Shown piece after piece: positions 25,601-40,900 of a DNA stretch of 64,000 bases; within the stretch, counting starts at the first letter, position 1; every line of letters begins with the position of its first letter. The notes below the pieces were generated by a model that saw only the letters and a program-made list of their open reading frames with translations, was not told where the DNA came from and did no database searches. This stretch comes from Lama glama (lineage: Eukaryota). A program made the translations under genes and the position numbers. The stretch covers positions 29,080,001 to 29,144,000 of the forward strand of contig CM052817.1 in assembly GCA_028534125.1 (NCBI GenBank). The letters run 5' to 3'.

Positions 25601-28600
25601 AGAAAAGGTTCAAGGAATTCTGGAATCTCCCTAATTAATATACAGCCTTGTGTGTGTGCACATGAACACACACACATGTACATGCATGAGCATTTTTCAG
25701 AGGACAGTCTTCACCAGATTCTCAAAGAGGTCTATGACCCCAAAAACGTGAGCCCTGATTTGCCTCTCTGCTCTTAATCTATACATTCCCTTTTGTTTTT
25801 AAAGTATAACCTAGACCCATTTTATCAATACGCTTTGTTCTCTATTACAAAGAACTTTTTCTGTTACTGTGTTAGCTCATCCTGTGCTGCTAATTATGCA
25901 ATTTCCTTATAATCTAAATGCTCTCCACCTTCCATGGCTCTCAATCCCTTCAGCTCAATTAAAGTTTTCTTCAACTACTATTTAACTATAAAAATCTCTC
26001 CCTTATTTAAAACAAGATTTAACTGAAAAGTTTAATCCATTTTCAACAACCAGTATGTAAGCAGCAAAGTGCAGATTGGAGAGACCAAAGAGAGGGGACA
26101 ACAAAGACAATGGTAATTTCAGCCGTGTAGTTTAGAAGACGCATGTATCAGCTCTCAGAGGATCATGCTATTTACACAATTTATCATTTGCTGAAAGTTT
26201 GATCTTGGAAAGAATATATTAGAGGTTAAAAACACATACCTTAAAAACATCAGGATAAACATTAAAATCAAACTCCTTAAATTTTTTTTAAAAAAACCTA
26301 ATTACTGGCTATAACTTAAACATAAGATAAAGCTAGTTCTAAACTAGAAATAATTTTGGAAATTTTAGTACTTGCTTTTTGGATGATAAATCAAGAATTT
26401 ATCATGACTTAGAGACTGACAATTTTCTATAAAAGAATGTGATAAAAAATAATTGCTACTTAAATTCTGACATGTTTTGAGAAGAAAAGTTAAATACAGA
26501 TTTTATGGCTTTGGTTCAATCTGAACTATTGGAGGAGGGTCTTAAAAAAGATAAAAAACATGTTCACCATAGATAATGATGATGTCTTGAAAATATATTA
26601 TCTCGAGGACATAAAACATAGGCTTTATTTAAATAAGCAAAAACAAAAAACTAGAACTAATAAAATGAATTATTAAAATGTTTCCTGTGGTTTACTTATA
26701 TCTTTCAAAAGGTATATACTGAAGTAAACTTCGATTTGCTAATGATCCTTATTTTAGATGTAGTTAACGTAGATTTTCTTCAGGAGCAAAATAATTAGAA
26801 CCCTCTAAGGTGCCCAATGACACTTTTTAGTAATGACAGAAAAAAGAGTAGTGATGTGAATAGTATTTGAAGAATTACAGATGATACTATGGGATTCATT
26901 TCCTCCAGTGCACCTTGCAGTGATACAATAATAACGATATGACAAATGTATCGAACTACATTTATAACATGCATAAATTTACAAATAGTTACCCTATATC
27001 AAAATATCTTACTGTAAAATGAGGTCTACACTGTAGCTCAGAATAGTATCTCAATTCCATTTTTCTCCATATTGAAGGAGGCATCCTGACAGAGGCTGAT
27101 GTCCTGAATCTCTTCAGAAATATATACAGCTCCAAAGTGGAAAACACTTTGTAAGTCACTTAACATCCCTAGTAAGTCTGTTAATTCATCTAAAAATTGG
27201 ATTCTAAGAGTATCCACATCATAGAATTGTGAGAATTAAGTAAATCAGTAAGTGTAATACATTTAGAATAGTACCTGGTCATGTAAGTATTGGCTCTTAT
27301 TAAATATCTTACTAAATACTTACTTCACTAAAATGTGAACATTTTCTGATAAAGATAAGTTAACAAAATCACACAAGTACAGGGGTCTATATGGGGATTA
27401 TTCATACTAGAAAATGGCAATGTTGAATGAATCTCTTAAAAATTGGCATTAAAATATGTGGATAATGAGGATTCCTTCTACTAACTTTTTCAAGGAATCC
27501 AGTATTTGTGATGAAACCTGGACTACATGAAAATCTATAAGTAAAATGCCATGTAAGAGCTCTGTCTTACTCACGACTCATCACTGAACTGTTCTCTGCT
27601 TTTATCTGTCAGATTACGAAGAAGCTAACATTTTCAGTTTTATTTGATATATTTGTGGCTTGGTAAAAAACTGATAAATATATAAGTGACTAGAGGTAAT
27701 CTAAGTGTTTAACAATAAGGAAACATTTAAGTAAATCATGATGTGTCTATTACAATATAGCCATTAAAATGCTTTTGAGGAATATTTAGTAAAATAGGAA
27801 AATGCTCACACAACAGGTAAGTGTAAATACTAAACTCTATACATATCATAATTTTGTTTAAAAAATTAGACTATTTCCATTGTTTGCCAAACTTCATTTG
27901 TGTATCACGTTCAAGATATTTTTTGTCATATTCATACACTTACGTGAACTGTGAGTTACCAATTTCCAATTTAAAACTGACTTAAAATTTTCAAGTTATA
28001 TACTATATTTCATGAATATGAGATGTAGAAAACTGTAAGCTACACCATTATTTTATCTACCACTAAGAAACATGCTACCAGATATGCTATGATATACTGC
28101 TTTTAAACACATCCCAATTTTAGATGAGATAAATATGAAAAAAGATGTGTCTTAGAGACAATAAAGTATAGTAACTTTTTTGACTTTGTTAAAGCAGTAA
28201 TATCTATGAAATACAGGTTTGATTGGTTCAGTGTATTTTCTAATACACATTAAATAAACACCTAGTTGCTAGAATAAGATTAAAATACATATATTTTCAT
28301 TCTTACAATACCAGCAGTATACATACTACATACTTTGTGATTACTGACCTATAGATATGACTTAATTATATAATATTTTCATATCAGCTGTATAAGTACA
28401 GGTGCCTTGTAAAGAGTACCTAATTTATACAGCTTGTTTATGTGTGTGTGTTTATATATGGAACAGACTCTTAGCAGAGAATACCGTCTAAATCTGAGTG
28501 CAGTCAAGTTTCCTTGAAAATCTCTTAAAGCACCTATCACATCAAGCACATGTGGTTTTATATATATAACCTAGTAAGGAACCAGGTTTAAGAATTACTG

Positions 28601-31600
28601 GACTAACCTGCAGGAAGAAGCAAAAGGGAAATAAACATGCAGAAGTCAGGGAAATCAGACTTCCTGCTTACCTGCAGAGTTCATTCCATGCTGTCTGAAA
28701 TTTAGCCAGTATAAATTTAAATATGACAAAAACTTGAAATTGTGAAGATTAAATGAGACAGTGGGCGACCCCTCTTATCCCCTGATTTTGTTCTAAACAT
28801 AGCTGGGGGGGTAGGGGGTGGGACAGGTAAACAAGGGAAAAACTAGAAAGGACATATATGCATTTCCTTTGGGGTTATTATATATTCAATATGAAAGTAA
28901 AATATTATTAAATTTTAGATTTCAAGAAACATTTACTGAAAATATAGATTGAAGAGATTTTCTTCAAGAAAAAATATTAGGAAACTACTCTGAAAGCTAG
29001 TATTATCTAAAGTGAGATGTTTCTATTCCTTGAAAGAACTGACTACTGTGTCACCATAGTGCCAGTTTTCAACAGGCCACAGTGCAGTATGTGTGACTCC
29101 ACAATATTACACTTTACTTGTCATCTACAGTGGAATATTTTCCCAGTCTGCTCTTGAAATTTCAATGCTCACCTTTAAAGTATTTCACAGTTTTAACTCT
29201 TAATTCTAAAGTAGCATCTTCGTCACACACAAAAATAGTTCGGGGATGCTGCTGGAAAGCTGAAACAGTCCACATGTGATTGACTCCTTCTTCTATTGCT
29301 TTGTAGAGAGCAAATGCCTTGTGTGCACCTGTTATGAGGATCATTACCTGAAAAACCATGAACATTACTTGTTAATTAATTCTTAAAACATGTTCCAAAT
29401 GACTAAGAAGCTCTGTATTTTTTTTTTAAACAAAGACTTTAGCACCAGTATTCTTCTGAGGGTTAAAATAAAAATAAACAGCTCCATTTTTCTTCATAGT
29501 TTAAAGTATTTATTTCCATTCTTTCAGGTAACAGGCAAGCACAAAGTGTATCTCTTCTTTTGGTTGAACAAAGTAAAACAGTACCTTGTTTGTAATGAAG
29601 TATTACTGAATATACCATAATGCCTGTGATAATTAACATTAAATACTGATGTGCAGAAGAGACATGGGAGAATGAAGAAAAAGAAACAAAAGGGCTGTTT
29701 TGCAAAAGCAGAGTTACAAGTCAAGAAAAAATAAATATAACCAGGAATCAGATACCAAATTGCTCTAGTCCAAATAAGTAATAGACATTACTTTGGACAT
29801 GTCAAAGACTCTAAAATAACAGATATTTTAAAAGTAACCTTAAGATGGGAAACTGAAGACTGTTTCATTGAGTGTGTCTTATCTAAAATTGTCCTGGAAT
29901 AAAACTAGATTTAAAGAAGGATTCAGGATGTACTCAGATGCAGGAGCTGCCCTTTAAGCACACATGACTGAAACTATCCTTATATAAACAGAAAATCCAA
30001 GCTCTTGGTCCCAGATCCCTAACAGCCTATGAGATAATTCAAAGAGCATGTACAGATATGAGTGAGTGTATATGTGTCTGAGCCTTAACATTTTTAGCAG
30101 TAAACTGAACCTATTTTACAAATTAAACAGTTTATGTAATGCAGTAAATTTTAAACATTTTTCTCATTACAGTTGTCAAAAAAAATGAATGTTAAGGTGG
30201 TTCTAATTCTAAAATATCTGTAACAAGGTAAAAATTCTGCATTGCATATTTTATAACCAGACATTCTAAAACAGGGAGGAAATTAAAGATTAATGAACCA
30301 GATACTACTATATTTCTTTTATCAAGATTCACTATGTATTTCTCATTTTGAAGCTATTATGTTGATTACTGTCAAAGCCTCATGAATGCATTCATATATG
30401 AATTCCTACTGTTTTTATTGATACTTCTTGTTCACAAGTATAGAGATCTAGACTCTGAAGAGTTAATGTCATCACCTATGATTAAAAGCATTCTCTTTTA
30501 AGTTAACAATGCTTGATATAATAAGGTAAGCACAACACTGTTTAATGGATTTATTAATCAGTTTTCCTTGTGGGATATTAATAGTTTTTTTTTTTCTTAA
30601 GATTGATCTATATGTTACAGAGGAGTTTAAAAAAAAAACAATAGGATATTCAAGTTCTTTACTGTATCCTGTCTTCTAATTTAAAATCTTTGGAATTAGG
30701 ACCCAGGAATCAGCGTCCCTTAAGTGATTATGATGCAGTCTGGCAGAGGTCCTTATACTAGCACCTGAAAAGTCTCTTTAAAGCTTTATTAACACACATT
30801 ACATCTAGTGACTGCTGCACAATGGATATTTTCTCAAGTTTAATTTACTTCAAAAGTTTAAAATATGATTTTGTGGTTTCAGAGTTAAACACTGAACTTG
30901 GCACTTTCTTTGAATTATCTCATTTAACTCCTGAATACAACACTATCCAATAAATACTATTCTTATTCATATTTTACAGATAAGGAAACGGAGGCACAGA
31001 TATTCTGTAACTTGACCAAGGTCTTAGTAAGGCTACTATGTAAACAATGGGTCTGATTCCAGCATCCATATCATTAACTACAGTAAGACATATATACCCT
31101 TTAATTGAGAATTAAGAAATATCTGGAAAAGCAGAAACTGAAAAAAAGTTGCTCAGAACACAATTTGATGTTGACAATATGTGATTAGTTCTACTCCATC
31201 TGCTCCACTATTCTCAAGGAGAGTATTTCTATCATGAAAAAGCTTTAGAGCAGCTCCTATCACAAATCAAGTCTTAAGGATAAGCAGAATAGCATCACAT
31301 AAGGGGCATATGAGACAGCTATGGGGTGGTCAGTAAAAAGCTAGAAATTTGCTAAGGCTGGAACCCAAGGAAATGAAAGGAAATGGCTGAAAACTGATCA
31401 AAATCTGGTAATACAGAGCGTTTTTATGCCAAAGAGGCTAAACGTCATGTTGTGATGAAATAACAGGGAATCAAGACTTTATTATATACATGAATAATAA
31501 CTAAAGTATGTTTCTGAAAAAATACTTGAGCCTGTAATATAGAGTACAGAATAGATAAAAAACGGAGATAGCCAAGAGTTAGGATGGGTTTGCAACAATC

Positions 31601-34600
31601 ACTGACAGACTGACACAGACTAGAAGACAGTGTGAAGTCCTTATTTATCTCTAAGTTATCTGTTAAATGGTGGGGACTTGGTGACTGATTAGATATGAAG
31701 AAGAAGAAGCTGAGAATGACACACGTGTTTAAAGTTCAGATAATTTTCAGGGAGAGTGTTGCTATTCACCAAGGGGAGGGAAGGTAATTACAAGGTAAGT
31801 AGAAGGAGTTAGTTGGAAATACAAAAGGTTGCCATCTGCAGCAACATGGATGGACCTAGAGAAAGTTTAAGTAAGAGAAATACAAATATTTTATATCATC
31901 ACTTATATGTGGAATATAAAAAATGATACAAATGAACTTATTTACAAAACAGACTCACAGAGAGACTTATGGGAGAGAAGGGATAAATCAGGAATATGGG
32001 GTTAACAGGTACACACTATATAAAAAACATACAGTAACAAGGTTTATTACTTTATAGCACAGGGAACTATATTCAATATCTTACAATAACCTATAATGGA
32101 AAATAATCTGAAAATATATATATATGCACATAACTGAATCACTTTGCTGTATACCTAAAACTAACACAATATTGTAAATCAACTACAGTTCAATTTTTTA
32201 AAAAATGCTATAATAAATCAGCATTAAAACCACTAGGGAAATGATGGAGTCCTGTAGTTTTGCCACAATGATTTTCTTTATAATCACACTGGGAATGAAC
32301 ACTATGAGGTGAATGGCATCATATAATTTTACTAGAAAAACTGAACAAAAGAAAAAAAGATCAGTACTTGAATAATTCTCTGCTAACTCTTAAGAATTAG
32401 GATAAGAGTTACACTACAAATTAAATATTGTTAAATGAAGAAATCTATTTGCATAGCTTTCATATTTTAGAAATAAGATTGCTCTAAGTTGTTCTTATTT
32501 ACTATGAAATTTCAGTCCTTAAAAGGTCTTTTTTTATATACCAATGATTTTTAGATGAAAAACGTCTATATTTTGAATGACAGTTCTATTTGTGTATTCA
32601 TGTCTAAATATATTTACATCAAAATCAGTTAATTATTCATCATACCTTGTCTGTACTGTCCTCTGAACCTGTCTAATCCTGCTGCCAGAAAGGAATGGAG
32701 TTTCAGGTTCCTCTATAATTTAACCACTTATAATCATGAGCCGACTATAATATGTTCTGTTATTCCCAGGAGAGGAAATGACAGCCCAGTTAAAAATTTA
32801 AAAATTAGGCAGAGTCTACTGTTCAGAGCACTTGCCTTATTAAATATACCAAATTTAGAACAGATCCAGCCCTAGAGGGGTTCCTTTTCTGCTGGTTTTC
32901 AGTGTGATTTTAGGACCTCAAATTGTGAAACAGGAAGAAGCAGTGGAAGCAGTACCCCAAAAGAGGTGGTGCCTAATTCTTAGTTTCCAGCTCCAAAGAC
33001 TTAATTTAGTTGAATTCTAAACATGGCAATGAGACAGGCAGAAATGACTGAAAGCGAGAGAACAATTTATATTGTAAATAGGATGCAACCAAAATATCAC
33101 TTATTCAACTCCGTACTTTCTCCAAAATCTAAACACATCAAAGGGAATACATCAAAGAACATTTAATTCTTACTTCTCTAGCATCCATCACTGTCCCCAC
33201 ACCAACTGTTAGAGCCATAGTTGGCACTTTCGATAAATCTCCATCAAAATATTTAGCATTTGCCAAAATGGTGTCCATTGCTAGAGTCTTTAATCTTGTC
33301 CTTGATACTAAACTGGATCCTGGCTCATTGAAAGCAATATGACCATCTGGACCAATTCCTTTCAAAAGAAATACATATACACACACATATATATGTAAGT
33401 GAATAAGGTTTCTCACATAAAGTAAGTAAGATTTTTCAAAGTTCAACGTATTTTAAGACCAAAGATAGATAGTCATAAACATGCTTACCTTGTTTTATTT
33501 GATAGCTGAATTTCTAATGCTGTATTAAAATATTTGTTCCTGTATTCGATTGAACAAGTATTTCAGTATTTTCCATATGCTGAGCATTGAGCTAGCATGA
33601 TTCTAACAGTAGCAAAACTGAGTATCACTTTTACATAGTGATACTTTATAGTTTATAAAGCATATTCACATGCATCATCTCAACAACATATACATATTTA
33701 ACAATCTTGTGATATAGTCAGATTAGGCATAATTATTTGCTTTATCCCCTCCACTTTTTTTTAAGCTCAAAAGGAAACTTCGATGCTCAAGGATAATAAA
33801 TGACTTGTTCAAGGTAACTATTTAGCAAGTACTACAAAACTCAAATCTAAATTTTCTGGATTCCTAACCCAGTGGTCTTTATACTTATACTTTAGCTTGC
33901 TTGGTTCTAGTCTAGTTGGGGCAATTAACCACTGGATCTCCCTGTGGTATCGTTTCCTCACTTATAAAAATGTCTAGATTGGACGAGATACTATCTAAGG
34001 CAGTAGTTTTCTTCAAACTTTTCTGACTGTAACCTATGGTAAGTAACACACTTGACACTGCAATCTAGTACACATATAAATACAGTTAAAACAAGAACTG
34101 CATGAAATAATACTTACCCTTACTAGGAGCCATACAAGACCATTTCACTAACAAGACGTACAAAAGGGAAATGCTGGATGTGACTGGCCCTACTGATTTC
34201 ACTGACCTAACACTGCATGACAACCCCAATTTGAAAACACTGCTTTAAGGAGACCCACTGTACTGTTCTAGGACTGCCTCTAAAATATAGGTAAGAATAT
34301 GACATTTCTTATTTGAAGGAAATTGGAGGCAAATCTTTTTATAAAACCAACATTCTATGGCATAAATAAATCAAGTTTTAGACATATGTACCATACTAGC
34401 TAGTCAGATTTCTGGCAACCTCAATCAAAAAATAAACCTACAAGTTCTCTGGGTCAAAATATCATATTCTGCATATTTAATAATATATATATATATTTAT
34501 TGACTCAACACACAATTCTAACAAATTTTTCCCAGGCTACAAGAAGGTAAAATATGACAAAGAGTAACCAGGTTTTGAAGGAAGAACAAATGAAAAGCTT

Positions 34601-37600
34601 AGGAAGCATATATGAACTACCAAAGCACAACATAACCTAGGAATTTTTAACAATCTAGGATCAATTTTTAATCTGGGACATAAAGCCAGATCTATATGTG
34701 GTTAATATATACAGTTTGCTTCCATTATTATGTAGGTGCTTTTAAGTTTTAAATGACAGATATGCATATCTCTCAAACTATTCTGTAAAACTGTTGTTTT
34801 TCCTCTTAAGTATACATCTGCCCAAATATTTTTATTAATATTTCTATACAGAGGAAAGGAATGAACCAGGAAAATAAAAGTTCCAGGAAAAACAGGAAAT
34901 CCTCAAAGACCAATACTAGTGGTCTCACTGGTGATCTGGGTCATACAATGTGCACAGCAGAGCTGAAATTACCAGTAATGGTTCACGACAGAGAAGGGTC
35001 AATACATTCCCTTAATGACCATGAGTAAGTATCAAAAATTGAGCTTCCTGATATAGTTGTATTTTTTAAATGTTCAGAATGTTTTACAAAGCTTTGTAAA
35101 ATTTTCTTGAAAATAATTATGAACTCTAAAAACCACGGTTAATTCTTAATTCAGTCTTTAAGTCTAAACTAAGATACCAACACCTCTATGAAACATCTCT
35201 AAAACCTCTGAGTCTGGATTGCATGTCCTCTCAGTGTTCATATAGTTCTGTATCCTCATCACTTAGAACAAAACATGACACACAGGAGGCCCTCATTAAG
35301 TAATGGTTGAATAAATGAATAGCTGGTTGCTATTCTTTGGTATGTGCAGTACAGTTCTTCCCTCCTTCCATCCTGCTCTGCTCCCCTCACAACAGGGGCC
35401 AGATCAGTTATAACACTCCATATCTCGTCTCTTTTAGGCAGAACTGTTGTGGTCTAGGGAAAAGTACTTGTCCCACGTGGAAACAATCAGAATTTCTCTC
35501 CAGAAATCTGAAACTTGACCAGGGGTACAGAAAGAAAGAAGGCGCCCGGAGCTGAGGCATCTGAGGACAGCACTGCAGGAGAGGGTCAGTGAGTCCCTGC
35601 TTTGGTGATCTGAGGCTCCCTGGTTTTTGCTCTTCTAAAGACTTGTTTTTTCCAACTCTTCCATTAATTCTGTGAGTTACCCTAGAATCCCTCCAATGAA
35701 TTCATTTTTGGTCCCTCTAGTAGATTACTGTTACTTGCAAATCAAAGAAGTCTAATCATGTAACCCAAGTACAGGGTTAAAGTCTTCCTCATTGTCTTTT
35801 TTTATTTTTACGTTTTAAACACAAATTATCTTAAGGTGATTTTAAAATTAATAATGCCTTTAGAGTCTATTTATAGATTTCCATGTTTGTGTTATTTCAT
35901 TGCTGGGAGTGGATCAGGAATTGCATGATACACCTTACTCTTTCTCTCAACACTTTTGTCATCACAAAGAATGAGAACTCTGAGAGTATGTATTTCCTCC
36001 TTTCTCCTTTGTATGGAGGGAAGGGCGCTCCTGCTCCACTTCCCGGGAGTGAGCAATGGTGGATTTATACTCTTGAGCTCTTCTCTCATCCTACTGTTTC
36101 CAGTACAGAGGGGAGGCGTAGGAAACCCCATTCTGGCCTCAAGCCCAACCTGCAACCTCTAATCCAACTTTACCTTTAATAAAGCTGATATTTTGATCCC
36201 ATTTGGCTCAGTTCTTAGTGTTTTTATTAACCAAACCCTGGAACAAAAGAAGGGTAAGTGGTAAGACCCAGATACCAAGCCTTATCTTGAAAATCCAATG
36301 ATAACAACCTAGATCAACAAAGGCAAAGAATCAAATGAGATTCTTTCATGAGTACACATCCAATAATAGGGTATCCTAAACAGGAAAAAGTTCAAAGAAA
36401 ATGCAATAGCCAGCTCTTCCCTATACACGATTATATGTCCCTTGGATGATAAATATAAAATGTCAGACCTTGCACCCTGGATCATCACGAGCTTACAGTG
36501 AAGGTGTTAATGGAAGAGGAAAGGAAATCCTCTTAATATTTTTTTTTTTTGCAAGGGAGAACTACAGGAATTTTAAGACAAAAATTGGTTAAAAAACAAA
36601 GTAAAGTTCTTTTTTAGTAGTAAGAGTCAGTAATAAACATAAATAATCATGATTATGCTCCATCAGTTTCAAAGGGAGAAACTAAGGTAGTTTATTGTGA
36701 GGAAAATCAAGAAAACTTTAGCTAAAAAGAAATAAGAAGTGACTTAAAGCTCTGGGGAAAGAAGAAAGTTCTACTAGAAATCTTTAAAAAAAAAAAAAAG
36801 GGATATTCAGCCTTAAACATTACATTAAGCTAAACTGTTTTCTAAAAAGAGGCAAAAGGAAAGGACAAGATGGAGTTAAAGAGTTCTTATCAGTTTTTTT
36901 CCCCCCAGTAAATTCCATTTCCTCGAATTGAGTCCCCAAGGGATTTATCACAAAGATCCTTATGTAAGGTCAATAAATTAACAGGGAAAAAAAGGTCCTC
37001 AAATAAAGAAGCAAAAAAATACATTATTCATACAGCCATTTTTAATGACGAAGTTCTAATAACTACCATGTCGTTTTGTATAATGCTAAATCAGTGAAAC
37101 TATTTTTTGACATAAATAAGATAAACTTGATAAAAAGTAAGATAGGCATATTATTTTATAATAATTCTACTTAAATTTGGTATAGAGTTTAGAAAATCTA
37201 AAAAATGCATGGGCACAGCACTCAAACATTTTCAAATACATACTGCCTTAGCCTTGATACTGGTATGTGCAAACAGTCATTATCTCTGAATTGAGCCATA
37301 TGGACAAAAATGGAGTGCAAATGTTTTCCAGAAATACTGAAGTAATATTAGCAAGTTTTATTTAAAACATAGATACTTTCTATTTTGAAAAGCAGAGCAG
37401 TCTAACTTGGATTCTTGCTCAGATAAAAACAATCCCATATAAGCAAGAAAGTTAACTGATACAAGTTCTGCTAGGCTGAGATAACACTTTTCCCAAAGAG
37501 AAATTTTAATTTTGTTGGTTACCCTTAGAGGTAAATCGGTAAAAAAGCAAGACAGTCAATGAACTAAGGAAAAATTACTTCAGAATCTATACTTCAGAGA

Positions 37601-37964
37601 CAGAGTAGATTAACACTTAATAGAATGCCAACTACATACCAAGCACCACACAAGGCATATAACATATATAAAATATGTTATAACATGGTTAATTTGTCAT
37701 AAATTTGGAATAATTTATATTAATCCTGTTGTACAAATGAATTATACTGAACTTCAATAAACTTCCCAAGGTCATACAGATAGTAAGTGGCTAAAATAGT
37801 ATGCTGTAAAACCCAATTTTCCCCAAGGGCAACCAAACACCTGAACAGTACTTGGCCACCTTAATCATAAATTAAGCTCAATACAGCTCCACTGAAGATC
37901 TAATTCATATAATTTTGAGAAGTCTTCTAAAAACTTAATTAGAATATATAGCCAGACCTACTGG

Positions 37965-37997
<33 letters not shown>

Positions 37998-40900
37998 TAG
38001 ATAGATAGATATATTATTCATTTAAAGCTTTAATATGTTTAAATACTAAAGATTCTGGAAAAACCAATTTTGGTTTCTTAAAGTTCATATGACACTGTAC
38101 TATTCAGATGCTTCGTACCGATGACAGAAGACATACTGTCATTACAAAGGACGAAACTTTTTCACCTCTTTTCAAAAGTAGATCATGAACACACATATAC
38201 ACATTTGTGTGTGCATATATATACACATTTATATTTCAATTGGAGTTTAGTTAATTAAACATTTATTTACTTTAGAGTTTATACAGCTTAATTCATAATG
38301 ACTAAAGGCTGATGATTATCTCTTACAACATTCTTAACTAACTTCTTAGTGAAATGAAGCTATTTAAATGATCGTAGAGAAATGTTAAAATCTACCTGTT
38401 CTACATGCAAACTTTTTGAGATTAATGCTGTAATGTGATAAGAAGGCTGGGTTGGAGTTTTAAAGAAACAGTAAAAGAGTAAAAGTATCATTTAGGAAAA
38501 GAAACGCATCGCTTATTTTATAAGATGTGGTAAACTGTCAATTTTAATAAGGTAATTAGATGAATTTAGTGGGGATTAGGACCTATTTCTCAAGACATAA
38601 TCTAAACAATTCCAACTTGCAACATTGTTATTTTTTGATGAAAATAAATTTTAAGAAATCAACAGCTAAATAAATGGGTGCTATAAACAGTCATAGGTGT
38701 CCATTACATTATACAATGGTAAGATTTTTTTATTTAAAATACCTAATACAAATACTAACAACTGAATGTTTTACATACCTCCAACAAAAAGATCGATTCC
38801 TCCAGCTTCTTTTATTTTCTTTTCAAATGCATCACATTCTGCTTGTAAATCTGTAGCATTTCCATCCAGGATATGGGCATTACTAGGATCTATATCAATA
38901 TGCTTAAAAAAGTTATTCCACATATAAGAATGGTAGCTTTCAGGATGATTCCTGGGAAGTCCTAAATACAAAGTTAATGAATAAAAATGTAACTAATTCT
39001 AGAAATAAATCTAAAGTTTACTTTTCTTATTAAGCCATAAATGATTTTCAAAATATTTAATCTTTCTATAGTATATGCAATTTAAAAGCATTCTTATATG
39101 GAATATATGCTTATTATGTGCCAGGCATTATTTTAACCACTGTACATATATGTTAACTGAATTAATTTGTCCAACATATACAGAAATACTATTATCATTC
39201 TCATTTTATAGATGAACAGAAACACAGAAAAGTAACTTTCCCAAGGTCACATAGCTCACAGAAGGGCTAAAATTAAAACAAAGAAGTCTAGTTCATGTGC
39301 ATTTAATCACTTATACTCCACTTCTCAAATGCAAAATTATCACCAATGAAATTGATTTATCTGTTAAACTCAACATAAATTAACTGGCCACACACCTGCA
39401 ATGTTGATCCACATGCCTCCTCTATACTTCCTATTTGTATGCAAGATATACTAAATCACAACAGTTCTTTGGCAATCATTAATGGCAGGCAACCATTAAA
39501 AATGTATTTCTATAAAACTTACTAAAATTTTAACACAGAGTTTGTATGTATCACAGATCTCTCCAGTTAAGCAAGTTAACCATCAATAAATTATGAAAGG
39601 TTCACAGCTACAAATATAAAGAATCTTATATTTGAAAGATATTTTACTAATTACTTTTACATACATATTGCTTAATACGTCCCCACAACAACACTGGTTT
39701 TAACTTTGCCTTAAGGGAAAAAGAAAAAGAGACAATGAGAAATGTGAATGAATTGGCTCAAAGTTACAAGACTGGTAAGTGGCACAGCTGAAGATGAATG
39801 CAGATCTTCTGATTTCTAGTCCCATATTCCTTCCACTATGTCATGCTGTCATCAGAAAAACATAATTTTTTTATATAACCTCCCAACCTCACCATAAGGT
39901 AGCACATTATACTCTAGAAATATATTCATATTACTTTCAAAACAAATTTAAGTAATATTTAAGTAATGTTAATATTCTCAAAATATATTCATGTTATTTA
40001 AAATATAACATATTCAAATAATATAGCTTACCTACATATTCATCCATGTTAAAGGTCTTCACATATTTAAAAGAAAGGTCTCCATTCTTGTGATATTCTA
40101 TTAGTTTTTTATAACATCCTAAAGGTGTGCTCCCTAGAACAGATAAAGATTCCATTTTTTAACATAACTTGAAAAATCTAATTTTAAAAACTTTATATTA
40201 ACCTTATTCTCTTCTTATTTAATGATATTCTACATTTCTAATTTATTAGGCAAACAAGTATTAATTTAAGTACCTATTCAAATAAAAAACATATGTTGAA
40301 TTAAACTCTTTACAAGGTACTCTGAAATTTTAGTAAAGTAGAATTTGTTGAATAAAGGTAGAAATTTGTCTACAGAAATAACAGTTTGGAAAAATTATAC
40401 TTGAATTATTAGATATTGGAATTAATGTTGTATATTCCAGGATTAGAAACTTCAAGAGAGCACATCTGAATTAAAAGAAAAATAAAGATCCCACCTTTAG
40501 AGAAAAATGTTTATTTAGAGAGGGATTTGTAGCATAAATGATACATAAATAGGTCAAGCGTTGACCATTTAATGAAATTAAAAGGGAAAACAGCTAAATT
40601 TAAATACTGCCCCTATTTTAAAATAGAAGGCGGCAAGGATTGAGTGAGGAAACTAATCCTGTAAGTTTTTAACTAAAGCTCCTGTTTCTAATTTTGTTAT
40701 TGTCAGTGGTTGTCAGCTAAAATGTGCAAAGTAAAATTACTTCTAGGAAATGGAATACTGGCTTTGGATACTTCATCTGAGCTCTACTAGTGTTTTATAA
40801 AATTAGGATGTTTGATAGTGCGCAATATGCACAGGAAAGACGAATTCACCCACTTGAGGATGGCCTCCCTTTGTTTTTTAAATTTGCTGTATTTTTTCAT

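Noticed and set aside
35883..36179. Three overlapping 68-98 aa ORFs in GNPDA2 intron 4
   Set aside because: No recognisable homology or clear exon structure; expected by chance in a locally GC-richer patch
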